Assembly (NCBI GenBank): GCA_964016885.1
Contig: OZ024755.1
Span: forward strand, 21,328,001-21,392,000
Origin: Eledone cirrhosa
Lineage: Eukaryota
DNA length: 64,000 nt
Direction: 5' to 3'
Shown here: piece after piece, positions 49,217 through 64,000 of the stretch
How positions within the stretch are numbered: position 1 is the first letter of the stretch
How the letters are laid out: each line of letters opens with the position of its first letter
Notes under the pieces: model-generated
Databases searched by the model: none
What the model was told of the DNA's origin: nothing
What the model saw: the letters and a program-made list of their open reading frames with translations, nothing else
Position numbers and translations under genes: made by a program

Positions 49217-49919
49217 TTTAATCTAAAGTGTCTATATTCATCTTTACAACATTTATATTACATAATTTTTATGTAGGAACCTTTCTTAAGTTATGTTCCA
49301 AACATCAGCTTAATAATGAAAAGGTTAGTTATATTTGACTAAATCCCTCTTAATTCTTGAGTATTTTCAAAATTATTTGAAAATCTAGCAGTTTTTTCAT
49401 TAGAAATATAGTAATGAAGAGTTAAATAGATTCATTATATTAGACACATAAGAAATCTTTGAATATTTCTTTTATTTTTATCAATTGTTTATTCTTAAAG
49501 GTAAATCTTTTAATTAGTGAAATATTTCTAAAAGATTGGAGTAAAACCATGTATATTGGTAATTTACCCATTTGTCTACATTATTATTTTATTTCCCTTT
49601 TCATTTTAGCATAGAGATTATTTTAAAATATAGTTCTAGTGGAATTATGGTCCTATAACAATAGACTTAATGAGCAAATCAGATTCAGGAAGTTGATAGT
49701 AACCAGGATAGAACTAGAGAATATTGATAAAAATATAAACACACGAAAGAAGAATATGAGTGTCTTATGAGGGTTTCTGTTTATGATAAAAAGACAAAAT
49801 TACAAGTTTACAGACTATAAGCCTGGCTTACACCTGTAGGTGGGCAGTGTGGCATTCTCTTCATAAAAGCTGTCTCAAAAGATGCATTTATTAAATGTTT
49901 AAACTTTTTAGCAAGTAAT

Positions 49920-50430
49920 GTTAACTCTTAATGTCCTGTACCACATGAAACTGTATTAGCAAAACATTCTTGAAAAGTACAAAAATGCACTCTGGTTGTG
50001 TCACATTAAAAATTAAAATCTTTACTCTAATACTTTAAATTTTTGCAAGAATTTATCTAATAGTAAATATACTATAAACATTTGAATTAACAAACCCATT
50101 TTAAAATATGTTTCACTGAATCATTACAGGATGTTTAAAGTTAAAATATCGAAAGATTTTTGCATTTATTAAATGTTTAAACTTTTTTAGCAGGTAAAAC
50201 GATTTTTGCATTTATTAACTCTTAACATCCTGTACCACATGAATCTGCATTAGCAAAACATTCTTGAAAAGTATAAAATAGCACTGTGACTGCATCTCAT
50301 GAAAAATTGAAGTCTTTATTCTAATACTGCAAATTTTCACAATGACCTATTCACTAGTAAAGATATAAATATTTCAGTTAACACACCTGTTTTTAGATAT
50401 TTTCTGCTAAACAGGATGTTATGAGTTAAA
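49920..50430. mobile_element. Two tandem diverged copies of a second TTAA-flanked MITE
   Basis: TTAA-CTCTTAACATCCTGT...ACAGGATGTTATGAG-TTAA. A related copy lies at about 20450-20668. Confidence 0.65.
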
Positions 50431-50652
50431 TGATTCAACTTTTTAGCAGGTAATATTAACACTCTTATTACATATTTTAGTTTTTCATTGTAATCATCAT
50501 TATCATCAGCATACATCTAACCATTTTTTCCATGTTATCATGACAATAATATTCCTTCCTACAATTGTCTTTTTCTATGACCAGTAAAGTCATCTGTTAT
50601 TTTCCCACATTTAAATTCTTATTTATTTTTATTTAGTGTTTAATTTGAAATC

Positions 50653-51200
50653 TAGTGAAGACATGTGGCTTAATAGTTCAGTTACTAGACTCATGATTTA
50701 GTGAAGACATGTGGCTTAATAGTTCAGTTACTAGACTCATGATTTAGTGAAGACATGTGGCTTAATAGTTCAGTTACTAGACTCATGATTTAGTGAAGAC
50801 ATGTGGCTTAATAGTTCAGTTACTAGGCTCATAATATATTGAAACCATGTGGCTTAATAGTTCAGTTGCTAGGCTCACAATTGTAAGGTCGTTATTTGAA
50901 TTCCCAGTTCAGGTGGCATGTTGTGCCTTTGAGCAAGATACATTATTTCATGTTGCTCCAGTCCAGTCAGCTGGAAAAAAATTAGTTGTACCTGTATTTC
51001 CAAGAGCCAGTTTTGTCATGCCGAATCTCCCCAATAATTTGCCTTTTCCTTAGATAACATTGGTGGAATGAAGAGAGGAGAGACTAACATACATAGGTAA
51101 CTGTTAGTCTACGAAACATGTTACTTCGGCTTGCAACTTGCAGAGGAACTTTCCGGGTGTAAACTCATGCCCAGTTATGACCAAATGAGGCCTTTACATC
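50653..51200 (+). mobile_element. Old CORE-type SINE whose tRNA head is tandemly amplified (46 bp, about 5 copies)
   Basis: TAGTGAAGACATGTGGCTTAATAGTTCAGTTACTAGACTCATGATT repeats precede TTTGAGCAAGATACATTATTTC. Confidence 0.75.
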
Positions 51201-51471
51201 AGAAATTTAATTAAAAAAATGTTTTTGTTTTTTTTAATAATAAGCAAGTAATTAAAAATTTTCTTTTAGAAGCTGTTCAATTTTTAAAGTTATAGATATT
51301 TTTGTAATATAATTGAAGTATTAATATTTGTAAATCTGAATTGATGTTTAAATTAAAGTTGATATTATTTTGTGGTTTACCAGGCACCATGGGCATGTGT
51401 CTTCCACAATAACCTCTGGCTGATGAATGCTTTGTGAATGGATTCAGTAACTGGAAATTGTGGGGATGCTT

Positions 51472-51532
<61 letters not shown>

Positions 51533-53299
51533 ATCTACATATTGGTGTTATTTAAAGCAAATGGTAACATTTTTTTGTCCTGCATAAACAATACATCACA
51601 CAGCTAACAGGTTTGAGGAAGATAAGCAGTATGTACTACACTTAAAGAAATTAGGTATGAGTTAGCATCAGAAAGGGCATTTATCCATAGAAAAACTGCC
51701 TCAAAAGGTCTCATCCACCAAAGCCTTACCAAATTTTGGGGTTTTAACAATGGCATTATTGGTAATTTTCTAATGAGCTAATTACTGGTTCACTATACAA
51801 CTGTAAGGAATGGGAGAGATAAATACTACAAGGTATCTTTTTTTTTTGTTAGGCTTCTGCTTTATCAATGGTTTCCCACCAATGTTTATCTTTTGGTTGA
51901 AAGCTCGACAATTTACACAGCAGTCCCAACACTACTTTAAATACACATTGGTTCAATCCATTGATCTGTAAATATGTACCCTGGAGAAAAACAAGGGAAT
52001 CTTTGTTATTGCTCAACCTGTTAAAAATAGCAGCAAAATTTCTTTTAACCCTTTTGTTATCGCCTTTTTAATGAAATGCATAGTTTATTTGTTTCAATTA
52101 ATTTTGAAATAATAAAAGATTTGGAAGAATTTAATAAAATAATTAACTTTTCCATTAATAACTTGATGTTTGGAACATTATTTAACCTACAATTTCTTAA
52201 TAAGTATGAACATGTTACCCCTTTCATTACCATATTTCTAATGAAAGACATTACTTATAATTTTCAAATGATTTTGAAAATAATCAGGTATTTGGAGGAT
52301 TTAGTAATACAACAAGTAACTTTATCATTATTAAACTGGTGTTTGGATCATACTTAATAAGGGTTCTTACATAAAATTATGATGGAATGTTTTTAAATAA
52401 ATATAAACATTTTAAGGCAGTTTGTTATTGAAAGGGGCTTACATGATATGTATAGATATGAATGGCTTCCATGTTATGTGACACTGTGCAAACTGAAATA
52501 AGTTCTTTTATGAACAACCTTTTCCCTTCAATCACAGATTTGCAAAAATTCAAATTGAAAAAACTTCACTAACTTCATCCAGTTATTCCTAATCACTAGT
52601 CTTGGAGGGTTTCAAAAGCACTTCTGTATATGATTGGTTCAGAATGAGTCTAGCTGAGTAGATAGACTGCAATTATTGGATTTTCTTAAGCATTTGTTTT
52701 TGAATACATGCCAGACTTTTTCCAAACTTCATAAGTTGAAGTTCCCCCAAGTCTTGCTTGACAAGTTTTCTTTGCATTAAACTTATAGCTTTTAACAAGG
52801 AAAGCATGAAAAAATTACTAGATGCTTTTATCATAGCTGCTAATAAATATGGTTTGAAATTCTACATCAAATAGAAGCAAGAGTCACTTGAAATAGAAAC
52901 TCTTAATATATTTAACACTGATCTCATTGAAGTGAATTACTTTACTTATTTTAGCAGTATAATCAATTATTTGACCAGCAGGACAGACTAGCTGGTTGTA
53001 ATTGGGGCTCTTCATAATATCAAAATAAATCAACAGAACTAAACCAGAATTTTACAAAACAATAAAGAAAATGTTGCTGTTTGGTTTCCAGTATTTGTAC
53101 CAGTTAGATGCCCCTCCTATCATCAACCACTTACACAAGAGAGGCTGTCATGTCTTTGACACTACATACACATAAATATGTAAAACACAGTTAAAGTAAG
53201 TTGCAGGGGCTTTATTATGATCAGTAGATGAGTCTAGTATAATAGTAAAAACATTTTTTTTATCAGTGACATGGGTTGACTAATTATAAAAACAAAAAA

Positions 53300-53535
53300 A
53301 AATGTCTCAGGAAAGAATTGCTGGACAGATTTTATGGGCAAAACCAACTGGCAGGAGAGCCTGGGGTAGACCCCAAGCAAGATGGTTAGTTAACATCCAT
53401 GAGCTTGACTGGTCTCGCTTGGGAGATCCAGCCAGATCAGTTGGAGATTGTTGCTTTTGACAGGACCTGCTGGAAGGAGTGTTTGAGGACCCGCTCCTAT
53501 GACCCTCTCAGGAATAAGTGGGCAAAGAAGAAGAT
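53300..53535 (+). mobile_element. RTE 3' fragment (family of 16330)
   Basis: Matches 16705-16927. Confidence 0.8.
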
Positions 53536-53764
53536 AAAGGTTGACTGGATAAGGAAATTGAAAAGAGTCAGGGGGGAAAATGAGTGTTTCGCTTCAAACA
53601 TTTTTTAAACAAAGTAACCCTTAGACATCAAATACAGTGTTGACAAAGTTTTGATCCTGGAAGGGTTAAAAGCAAAGTTGACCTTAGTGGGATTTGAATC
53701 CAGAACAAACACTGTAAAGCATTCTATCCATTATTCTAGCAACTCAGCCAATTCACCACTTGCA

Positions 53765-53801
<37 letters not shown>

Positions 53802-55739
53802 GCACATACATAGTGCTGGGCTCACAATAAAATGTCACCAGTACACATTAAAACATGGTTGGTGTTAGGAAGGATATCCAGCCAAAGAAACAAAGCTAAA
53901 AATGGAATATATGTACAAAACATGGACACCTGACTAGTGATACCTAGCCTCAAAATGTGATAACTCGTCTAACCCATGCAGCTATGGAAAATAGATATTT
54001 AAGTGGTGATGAAGACACATGTGTACATGCACATGTATATACTCCACCCCATTAACTTGGAATTGGATTTGGGAATATCACCTATATTAGACTGGCTTCT
54101 TATCTCTGAGTGTTGGGGTGGCACTGAATATTAATGTGACAAAAACTGAAGTATTAAATAGTAGGGCTAGGTATTGATTAAATTGACCCCAGTACTTAAC
54201 TGGTATTTAAATGTTTATATAAAATAATGAAATTAATACTTATTTTTAAACTAAAAATAATTATTGAATTAAAATAACATTGAATAGAATCAATAGATAA
54301 ATAGATATAATTCACTTTGGCCACATTTGGCTAAAATGATTTACAGCATTGTTCACATTCAAATATTTGAGAAAAATAAAGAAAATTGAGAAATGGGATA
54401 TATACATTTCTCTATATGTATATATTTCATTTGTCAAATGAAAGAAGAAAAAGTGAAAATAAAACATTTCTTATAAATGCTATAAACATTCATTCCTCAT
54501 TCATAAGTTCCTATGTTAAAAGATCTATTAGTTTGCACCTCCCCTCTCATTAACATATACATCATCATTTAGGAGGGAAAATGGAAGTTGAATAATGATT
54601 ATATATGTGTGGATCCCAGGTTCAATCGGGAGTAACCACAGTAAGTAAGGTACTCAATACATAGTAGAGTATATACAATATTTAATATAGAAATAGCTTC
54701 TACAGGACTAGAACTGTTTCATTCGAAGGAAATAATCAGGAAAGCCCTATATATATATATATCAGTTATATAATAATTCAATGGGAATACTTTGTGTTCC
54801 AAAGGTGATGGACTAACTGATATTACACAGTAGAAACTCTATTAATAGATTAATCATCAGCGAATCCATCTACTTTAGCTTTAGTTGTGTAATATTTCTT
54901 CCACTCAACACTATCTACTTATTTATTTAGCTCACACACTTTATTAATCCCATTCACACTGCATTGATTGTTGTGGAAGTACCAGTTACGTATTACCTGC
55001 CCTCATCTGGTGGTGTGGGTCGCTGCTTCCTTGTGTCTCTTGTTGATGCCCAAATAGTCTCTCTGGTTGTAGGTATATTGTTGTATGTTGTGTCAAAGAC
55101 ATGACAGTCTCTCTAGTGTAGGTGCCATCCAGTACTCTGTAAAGTTGTTGATGATAGGAAGAGCATCCAACTGTAGAAACCATGCAAAAACCTTGAACGG
55201 CTGGCCCCTATCATTAGAATACCCAGCAAATCTCCTATGAGATGCAACACTAGGGGTGGTGGTGCAGCTAAATCTGCATGTAATTAAGATGGAGATATGT
55301 ATGACCATGAAGCTAAGATGGAAGCTTGCATGCCACCATGTGGCTGAGATGGGGGTTGGCATGGCACCATGTGGCTAAGATGGGGGGGATTGCAGGGCAC
55401 CATGTGGCTAAGATGGGGGCTTGCATGGCTAGCTGGACATAGGTATGACCATGTGGCTAAGAAGGCCGCTTGCATGGCTAGATGGACAGAGATATGACCA
55501 TGTGGTTAACATGGAAGCTTGCATGACTACATTGTTTAAGATGTTCACTTTACAAACACATGATTCTTTGGTTGATCTTTGTTCAGAAACCTTGCAAAAC
55601 TTTCAGGGTCCTTGTCTTTTCTCCTCTAACAATATAATATGTGGCTGGAAAATATTACAGGCAAAATTCATGATTTAATTTCTAAAGTAACCCTACAAGA
55701 AAAATTGAATAATAGGAAGTTATAGAGAAAAATAAAGAT

Positions 55740-55930
55740 TTGTGCCCAAGGGTTGAAAGGCTTATGATTTTGTTTAGATTCTTTTTATCAAACCCAGTAC
55801 TTCGATTATTATTGGCTGTTTTTACCACACCCCAATTTTTGTACATTTCAATTTCAAGATCCTTGTATTTTGATAGTATTTCCACTTCTTTTTGAGCAAT
55901 AATTTTTATAGTAGACCTGGGTCTCTATCA
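55740..55930 (-). mobile_element. R4/Dong-like RLE retrotransposon C-terminal fragment
   Basis: KEVEILSKYKDLEIEM..WG resembles the EK..KYKDLEIEI..MW motif. Confidence 0.6.
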
Positions 55931-56087
55931 TTAAAATAACTGAGAAACCCCTACAAAATACAACCTTGTTGGAGGCCAGTTAAACCTGCATAGGTGTGAG
56001 CTGTAAATTTCATTTTTTTTTTTTCATTTCAGTTATATTGTTCAGTATGTGTGTGTGTTACTCTCTCTCTCTCTCACACACACACAC

Positions 56088-56124
<37 letters not shown>

Positions 56125-56956
56125 TCTACTACAAAATCTCACACCAACCTATGCAAGCATGGAAAAAAGATGTAAAACCAATGATGATAACGATGATATA
56201 TAATACATTTATAAAATGTACAATATATAAACTGTATATAATTATGTGTATCTAATATATATATATATATATCATGCATATAATATATATGTATATATAT
56301 ATAAAATATGTATCATGCATATATATATATATACATACATACACATATTTATGAAATAATACTGTAAATTTTTTTTTTTTACTCTATTTTGTTAAATTTT
56401 AATAATTTTATTTCCTATTATCTTTTTTTACCCCCTCTTCAACTCCTTTTAATCTTCCTGACGACTAGAAGGTAATATACCATTCTTTGAGAATTTTTAC
56501 TCATTTGGAATGGTCTGGATTCTTTCCTCTTTTTTTATATATATTATTATTATTATTAGTTTTTTTTTGTTGCATGTTAAAAAAGAATAAAAGAGATTCT
56601 AATTCGCCACCTGTAACATTTCATCAGATGTTGCTTTTATATTTGGTGCATGTTAGCAATTATGTTTTGTTTTGTTATTATTGTTGTTGTTTTTTTTTCT
56701 ACTTCTTTTTCTACTGTACCTTTGTTGCAGTTTTTTGTTTACTTTCAAAACTTTGAAGGTGTTCTAAATAGTCTAATTAGCATAAATCAATTAATGGCTA
56801 AAGTTCAATTACATTTTAGTGATATTGATCTTTTATTTAATTTAATTTTTTTTCATTTGCCAGAATAGATTGGTTATGAATCAGTCAAGTTATAGATATT
56901 AGCTACACGAGCTAAATAGGGTCAAATTCTGCTCTTGGTGTTTGTTTATATATATA

Positions 56957-57456
56957 TGTTGGGTGCTGGAAAGTTCCCGGTAAAAGAAAATGCAGGAGGA
57001 TCAGTTAATTATGATTTTATTTAACATGGAGGCACATGGCTTAGTGGTTAGAGCATTGGGCTTGCAATTGAAAGGTTGTGAGTTCAATTCTCAGACTGGG
57101 TGATGTGTTGTTTCCTTGAGCAAGACACTTTATTTCACATTGCTCCAGTTTACTCAGCTGTAGAAATGAGATGATAGGGACTGGGGTCCCTATCATTCCA
57201 CTGCAAAGTGGTCGTGGAGGTGCCACGGCAAAAAAGCACCCAGCCCACCCTGTAAATGAGGTTGGTGTTAGGAAGGGCATCCAGCTGTAGAAATCAAGCC
57301 AGCATCAGTTCCCGTCCCACCCTTGCAAGCAGGGAAAAAGCGGACGTAAAATGAAATGATATTCACTTCTCAGATTCTCACGCTTATTGCAGCGGTCCTA
57401 TTACCCCTGTAAAGGTAACATCTCTACTCTTAAGCCAGGAACTTTTCAGCACCCTG
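56957..57456 (-). mobile_element. Mariner deletion derivative (family of 24049) containing a nested young CORE SINE (57028-57360, +)
   Basis: TIR-like GGGTGCTGGAAAGTTCC / GGAACTTTTCAGCACCC. The sequence on either side of the SINE is contiguous in the 24049 copy. Confidence 0.8.
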
Positions 57457-59304
57457 TCTTACACAAACAAACCTTGCCCAGGCTTGTTCCTCAGAGGAAA
57501 ACTTTCTAGGTGCAAAACCATGATCATTCGTGACCAATGGGGCCCTTAAAAAAGAAATATATATATATAAGGGTGACCAATGTTAACAAGCAACTGAAAT
57601 AGGATGATTTCTCATATTGGACACACAAAGCCATCAACCATTTCGTAAGCATATTTGTAATGAAATACACTTAATTCCAATTGGTTAATGAAGAATTTTG
57701 AAGGCTTTACTAAGATAATAACTTAAGATATGATTCTTATATAAAATTATTTTGGAAGATTTTTATTTTCATTTAAATAGGAATCCTTTAAAACGGGAGG
57801 CTCAGTTTCATTGATCCAGAGCCGTTTTTGTTCTGGTTGGTATCAAAACAGTTAAGTTTGGAATTTTGAGTTTCATGGAGCAGATAATTATCTTGAAATA
57901 GAGTGTGGGCATTAATTAGCTGACTAATTACAAAGAAACATGGTGATAGTATATTTGAAAACAGTTAGCATTTTGACAGTTTAAATGAACTATACAAAGA
58001 TTAATTTTCTATGTATTAATTTTGTAATAAATGTTAACCCTTTTAATACCAACTCAACTAAAACCAGCTGTATTTCTATGAAACAAAACCACACATTTTA
58101 AAGTGTTCTTATTTAGATTGAAATCTTCCAACATAATTTTATATAAGAATCATATGCTAAGTTTGCTCTTCATTAATTATTGAAATAGAGTGTACCTCAT
58201 TAGAAATATGGTCTGGAAAGGGTTGATAGAACTATGGTCTATTTTTTATTCCCATTTCTTAACTGTAGGCTTGTAAGTTAATTTTGTCCCACCCTGTAGA
58301 TGAGCTGGAATCTTGTAATTATCACAGAACAGGTGGGCTATAGTTACTAAAGTATTAAAATAATATAGAGTCTTCCTGCTTATGCAGTTAGCACTGAATA
58401 GATTGGCTTAGAGCCAGTAATGTATCATGGACTAGATAAAATAAAGTAGCAGATATCTTTTACAGAGTAAATGAGCTAGAACTAAGGAAGTGTTTTACAC
58501 TAAATAGGTGGGAACAATTAGATATTAGGAAATAGATGATTTAGAGTGATGGAGGTATGAGGAAATAGATGAGGATTTGTTTTAGTCATGGACAGGGCCG
58601 ATACACTGGTCCAGGGGCTTTGAGAGCCAAAGTGGAGCCTGTAAATATCTGATACACAATCTCCTTCAAAAATACCCTCACATAAAACCACTTTAGTAAG
58701 ACATTCTTGGAAAGTTAAAAACAATACTATGACTGGATTACTTTAAAAATTGAAGTGTTTATGCTGATATTGCAAATTTTGACAACCAGTAAAGATACTA
58801 TAAATATTTGAATTACTAAACCAATTTTTAGATATTTTCTCCTAAATTATTATAGGATATTTAGGGTTAATTTTAATAGAAACTCTGGTGATAGTGGAAT
58901 AGGTGAATTTGGAAAGGATAAAGAGGTGAAGTCACAATATTGTTACAAAATAAATGTGGTTAGGGTGTGGGAGTCAGGATCATAAGGTTGTAGGTTCGAC
59001 TCCTGGACTGGGCAAGGTGTTCTTGAGCAAGCTACTTCATTTCACATTGATTTTCATGATAGGACTGATAACCTGATCATTAAAATACCTAAGAAACCTC
59101 CTCACAGATGCAGCTCGTAGGAGGTAATCTAAAGCTGCATAGATGAGTTACTGTGCAGTAAGTAGTTTTGAATTTAGAATATTTCAAACATTCCACTCAG
59201 TGGTTGGAGAAAATTAGAGGGAATGCTGGTGTAGAGAAATAGGGGTTCTAGAATCTAACAATGGACTTATGAAGCCATTCAGTATACCCTACTGTACAAT
59301 TTAT

Positions 59305-60672
59305 TTAACCCTTTTATTACCATATATATTATGAAATATTATACTACCTATGATTTTCAATTAATTTTTTTAGATAAAAAAATATTTTTGGCATTTAGTA
59401 ATAAAACAAAATTTCTCATTATTAACTTGGTGTTTGGAACATAAGTTAAAGGTTTCTACATTAAATTATAATGGAAGATTTTTATATAAATACAAGCATT
59501 TTGAAACAAACAGTTTTGCCTGGTGTCAGGCAGTTTGGTTTCCGAAAGAGTTAATAAAGGGAAAGCCAGTTAAAGCAAGTTAGGTTTTCTTCAGAATGTG
59601 TTTTCGTCACTCAGTGTGGGATATTGTATATAACAAACCAGACCTTTGTGTATGATTTCTAATATGCCTCATAAAATATCTAATAAGCATTCTACTTCTC
59701 CTCTGTTTCTTTTGGTGGCAGCTTAATGTATATAATGCCTGGAATTTTAATCAGCAACCTTTTTTTGCTTGCAATAGTTTCTACAGTGTTTCCAAGAACT
59801 AAAATTTATTCACAAACACACACAGACATACACATATCTTATATTTTGGTATATACTGATATATATATTAATACTAGATTGAACTTCATTCATTACTTTA
59901 AACATTTAATGTATTGCATATGCTTGCACATTAACAAATATTCATATACATGCATGTCTCGATGTTTTCTATAACACAAAAAAAAACAACAACAAAAACA
60001 AAAACAACAAAACATACACTCACATCTACATGGTGTGGTGTGTGTATATATATGTGTATGTGTGTGTGATGTCAAAGATTCACAAGTTGTAGAAATGTAT
60101 CTTCAGTAGCTACTAACATTAATTTAGTAATGCTATATGGATGATATCCGATATAAAAGGATACATCCATATAGTGTTAACATAAATCTAACAATGGCTT
60201 TAAACTCACCTAATGTGTTTGTTATTATCAAATGATAAATTTCAAAAGATTCTAGAAATATTTCATTTTATGAAGAGAAATATTTTTTTCTGTTTAGTTT
60301 GTAATATGATTACTTGTTTAACTCTTTTGTTATCATATTTCTAATGAAAGATACTGCCTAAGATCTTCAAATAATTTTGAAAATAATCAAGAATTTGAAA
60401 GGATTTTGTTAATATATCTAATTTTGGTATTTGGAACGCAAGACAAAAAGTTCTTATTAAATTATGATGGACGATTTTTCGATAAATTTAGACCTGGAGA
60501 GGGATAGGCTCTGCCAGGTTTCAAAACGCCCTAGAAACAACCATATGTCAATACAGTGCCCCTACGACTTCCTCAGGAGTTATGGGATCATCCATCCAAA
60601 CCCTTTAAAACAAACAATTTTGTATCACAGAACCATGAACAGTTTCAGGCAGTTTAATAACGAAAGGGTTAA
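59305..60672. mobile_element. Two TTAA-family MITE copies (59305-59554; 60318-60672, the latter with an about 110-bp insert)
   Basis: TTAA-C(C/T)CTTT...AAAG(A/G)G-TTAA ends and a shared AT-rich body. Confidence 0.65.
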
Positions 60673-63600
60673 ACATTTTTGAAACTTATTTTTATATAGG
60701 TTTGTGTGTGTTTTATGTATGTATATATGTGTGTATGTGTATGTTATATATATATATATATATATATAAAGTGACATTTTGTATATTTATAAATATACAC
60801 TATGATAGACATAAGTTTGTGTGTGTGTACATTATGAAAAAATAATGGTATATTTATGGCTATATGTATACATAAAGTTGTTTGTGTGCGTACATTATGA
60901 AAAAATGGTGGTTGTGCATTATGAAAAAATGATGGTATATTTATGAATGTAAACATAAGGTTTGTGTGTGTGGACATTATGAACAAAAGTGACATAGCCT
61001 ATTTATGAATGAATACTATGTTTTACATGAATGCATGTGTGTGTATGTTTACATGATAGTGTAAAGTTCAGTCAGTGTAGACATTTATATTTTTAGAAAG
61101 TATTAATGAATATTCATATATATATACATACATGTCCTATTAATTTGTTTCCTGTATTTTAATGTATTGTAAAAACTCATTGAAAAATCTCATTATTTTC
61201 ATTAATATGCCAAATGTAAATAAATGATAAGTATTTTACTTCTGTTTTTCTCAAAGCAAATTACTAAATTTGTTTTGTATTCTCGTTAAAGTTTTATTGT
61301 TATCCTTTACATTTAAGAAGTTTACAAGGAAAAGAGTTGCTATTAATACTGTGATATGATTGTATGAGGCATGTATGTCATGTTGTGTTGTATTTTGTAT
61401 CTATAGGATAATAGAGGAAGGAAATGAAAGCTAGGGGGTTGATAAGGGGAGATGCAGCTGATTGGATACAAAATGGGGAAACTTGTAATGGGGCTTGTAA
61501 ACCTACCCTCTGTTTTAGCAGGGAAAATAGCTTTAACATGCTTGTAGTTTGTATCTATAAGCGGTGAATTGAAAGAGGTATTAAAGCCTCTCAATTTGTT
61601 CTAACTCACAACACTGAGTTCAAATTTCACTGATGTTAACTTTACCTGTCATCCTTTTGGGCTCGATAAATAAAGTATCAGTCCAGATGGAAGTTGATTG
61701 GGGGAGCTGTTAAAGAGTCAGATAGAATGTTTGGTGGTATCTAATCCAGTCTTGTGTATTCTGAGTTCAAATCCTACCTCCTGTCAGGAGCTACATATAG
61801 CAAATAGTATCAGAAAAAAACAATGAGAATATTGTTTTCATGATCAATATGACAATTAGCTCATTTTGTTTTTCTCTGACATATGCAACATGTGGCATAT
61901 TTACTGGACAATATTGCACTGTATATGTATGTATTCTACATATTTCTATTGTGTGTATGCTCCAGATTGGTATCTTATTACCATGTAGCTATATATTGTG
62001 TTGTACTATTCTGTATGTTGTATTGTGAGGCTGTGTCATTGTATCATGCATTCTTGACAGATATTTGTTGTGTTGTATTATGCATTTCATGTCTCCTCTG
62101 TTGTATGTAATTGATATTTAAGTATGGGATAATATCTAACAAGCTAGATATATCTGATATATATCAGATAAGATATGTTTACCATATCTGATATCTGATA
62201 TAGCTAATAGGTTGCTTAACTTGTTAAGGTAAGTAATTTAGAAGAAAAGTATTGAAATTTAAGTATCTACATTATATATATTTATTGTTATCTTTATATA
62301 CAAAGGATTATGAATAGATTTTAGGAAATGCTCAGCTGGAGATTTCTATCTTTCAAGCTGAAAGTGACTCAATTGGTTATCTTTTTTAACAATTTTATGA
62401 CTGTATCTTTAATGAAATACACTGTAGTTCAATTAATTGATGAGGCATTTATTAAAACTATTAATTATTTCATTATTAAGATGGCATTTGTAACTTAATA
62501 AAAGGACATTATATAAAATTATGTTGAAAGATTTTAATTGAAATAGGAGTGCTTTTAAATGGGTTGTTTTTGCTTAATAAAAGTGAAGGTGGTTAAAGGT
62601 GGTTTGGACTCAAGATGGTTATGGGTTAAGCTGCAGGCTTTCTTCTTAATTACAGTTATGGATCCAAACTCTCTCTTTGACTGCTATTAATAATCATTAA
62701 TCTTAACTATTGTTATGGAGTCCCATCTCTTCATTAGGGTTTATGTTTCATTTAGGACTGATGTGAAGGATGGAAGTTTTATAGTGCTCTGAAAAATTCC
62801 TGTTGCGTTTAAATCCAGATTTTGTTCATATTTACTATTATTAAAATTATTTATTATCCCAGCTATCATGAAGGTACATGGCTTAGTTGTTAAAGTGTTT
62901 GACTCATAATCGTAAGGGAGTGAGTTTGATTCCTAATAGTGTACTGTATCATTGTATCCTCCTAAAGTAAGATATTCATTTTAAACAAAACTATTTTTCT
63001 TCTAATAAACTTAGTCACATATCTTTTTTACAATATAATTACTTCTAATCATCTGAGGGTCAGTCCACCTCATGGTTCCAGAGGACAAAATGGAGAAAAT
63101 GTTGCCCTGGAGGATGATGAGGAATAGCAGGGCTCACACTTGCAGGTAGCCAATTCTGGTCCGATAGTAGAGAGATAGGGATGGGTCCAAGGGGCTAGAA
63201 CGCTGGAAGTCTCCTCAGCCACAAACTTATCAAAGAGTGACCAATACTTTAACAGTTTGCCCTTTTCTGCCATATATTTCTTATTGCTCCAGTCCAGTCA
63301 GCTGGCAAATTACACTTGTTATTCAAAGGGCCAGCTTTATCGCACATCATTTCATCCTGAGTACAACGTTATGTGCACATGTCTCGGGAAATCTCAGCCA
63401 CTTGCAAGTTAATTTCACAAGCAGGTAGTTCTGTTGTTCAACCAACTAGAACACTCATCAGCAGAACCGATGGAGCTCCAACACACCTGCTTTCTATATT
63501 CTTTTGTCACACTCTGGTATTTTCTATGTACTCTGTACTAGACATTATTTAAGTCCTTTGTTCATAGAATCACAGCCCTGTCTATGAATTTCTTTTCCCT

Positions 63601-64000
63601 GCCAACTCTTCTTATATTACACCTACTGTTGTTTATTTGTTAGCCTTATATCTTCAGATGATTGTCATTACTCCTTTGTTCCCTATTAGATATATTTACT
63701 AAACATTTATCTGAAACCTTTATTCCAAGAATCACAGCCATATCTATCGATTTTTCCCCTTCCCATCTCTTCTTACATTGCATCACAGCAATCTTCAATC
63801 ATTTTATTATCTACACCAATCTTATTCACCTGATTTATTTAATCTAAAAAGGTCCTTACAGGCTATAAGTAATACTCTTTCTTTTTCTTAGACCAGTGGT
63901 ACCCAAACTGCACCTCTGTACACTGGGGATCCACAAAAGAGCTAAGATACTATTTCAAAATAGGAAAAGATTCAAATTCAAATTTGTAATAAAATTCATA

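Noticed and set aside
52440-53060. Possible very old RTE RT remnant
   Set aside because: Only scattered short motifs remain, too decayed to bound or classify.
62148-62202. Small GATATC-rich inverted repeat
   Set aside because: It is low-complexity AT sequence and could arise by chance or slippage.
46528-64000. BPTF exon 2 (expected xLGDLLCCETC)
   Set aside because: I found no such sequence by eye. The intron appears to exceed 17 kb, but a small exon could have been missed.

Overview
Eukaryotic, AT-rich, repeat-dense animal DNA. The SINE families, (TA)n/(CA)n load and RTE LINEs suggest an octopod cephalopod (inference). Two protein-coding genes lie head-to-head about 12 kb apart. One is a complete 4-exon AIMP2 on the minus strand (33360-33214, 23177-23028, 22243-22000, 21156-20756; 313 aa, intron phases 0/0/1). 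The other is the first coding exon of BPTF/NURF301 on the plus strand (45467-46527), followed by an intron that runs off the window. There is one intact tRNA-Ala(TGC) at 10790-10862. The rest is microsatellites, minisatellites, two tRNA-derived SINE superfamilies (CORE-type and Meta-type), RTE, CR1/L2-like, CRE-like, R4-like and Penelope-like relics, and mariner/Tc1, TTAA-flanked and Helentron-like non-autonomous elements. Most ORFs in the supplied track are microsatellite artefacts. The main candidates for novelty are: (1) a 176-codon exon inside AIMP2 intron 1 that starts MGNSISK...CGTKKKK and splices in frame to exon 2, predicting a lipid-anchored AIMP2 isoform; (2) four long fold-back hairpins plus hammerhead-like motifs flanking that exon; (3) a tandem repeat that has copied the AIMP2 exon-2 splice donor.
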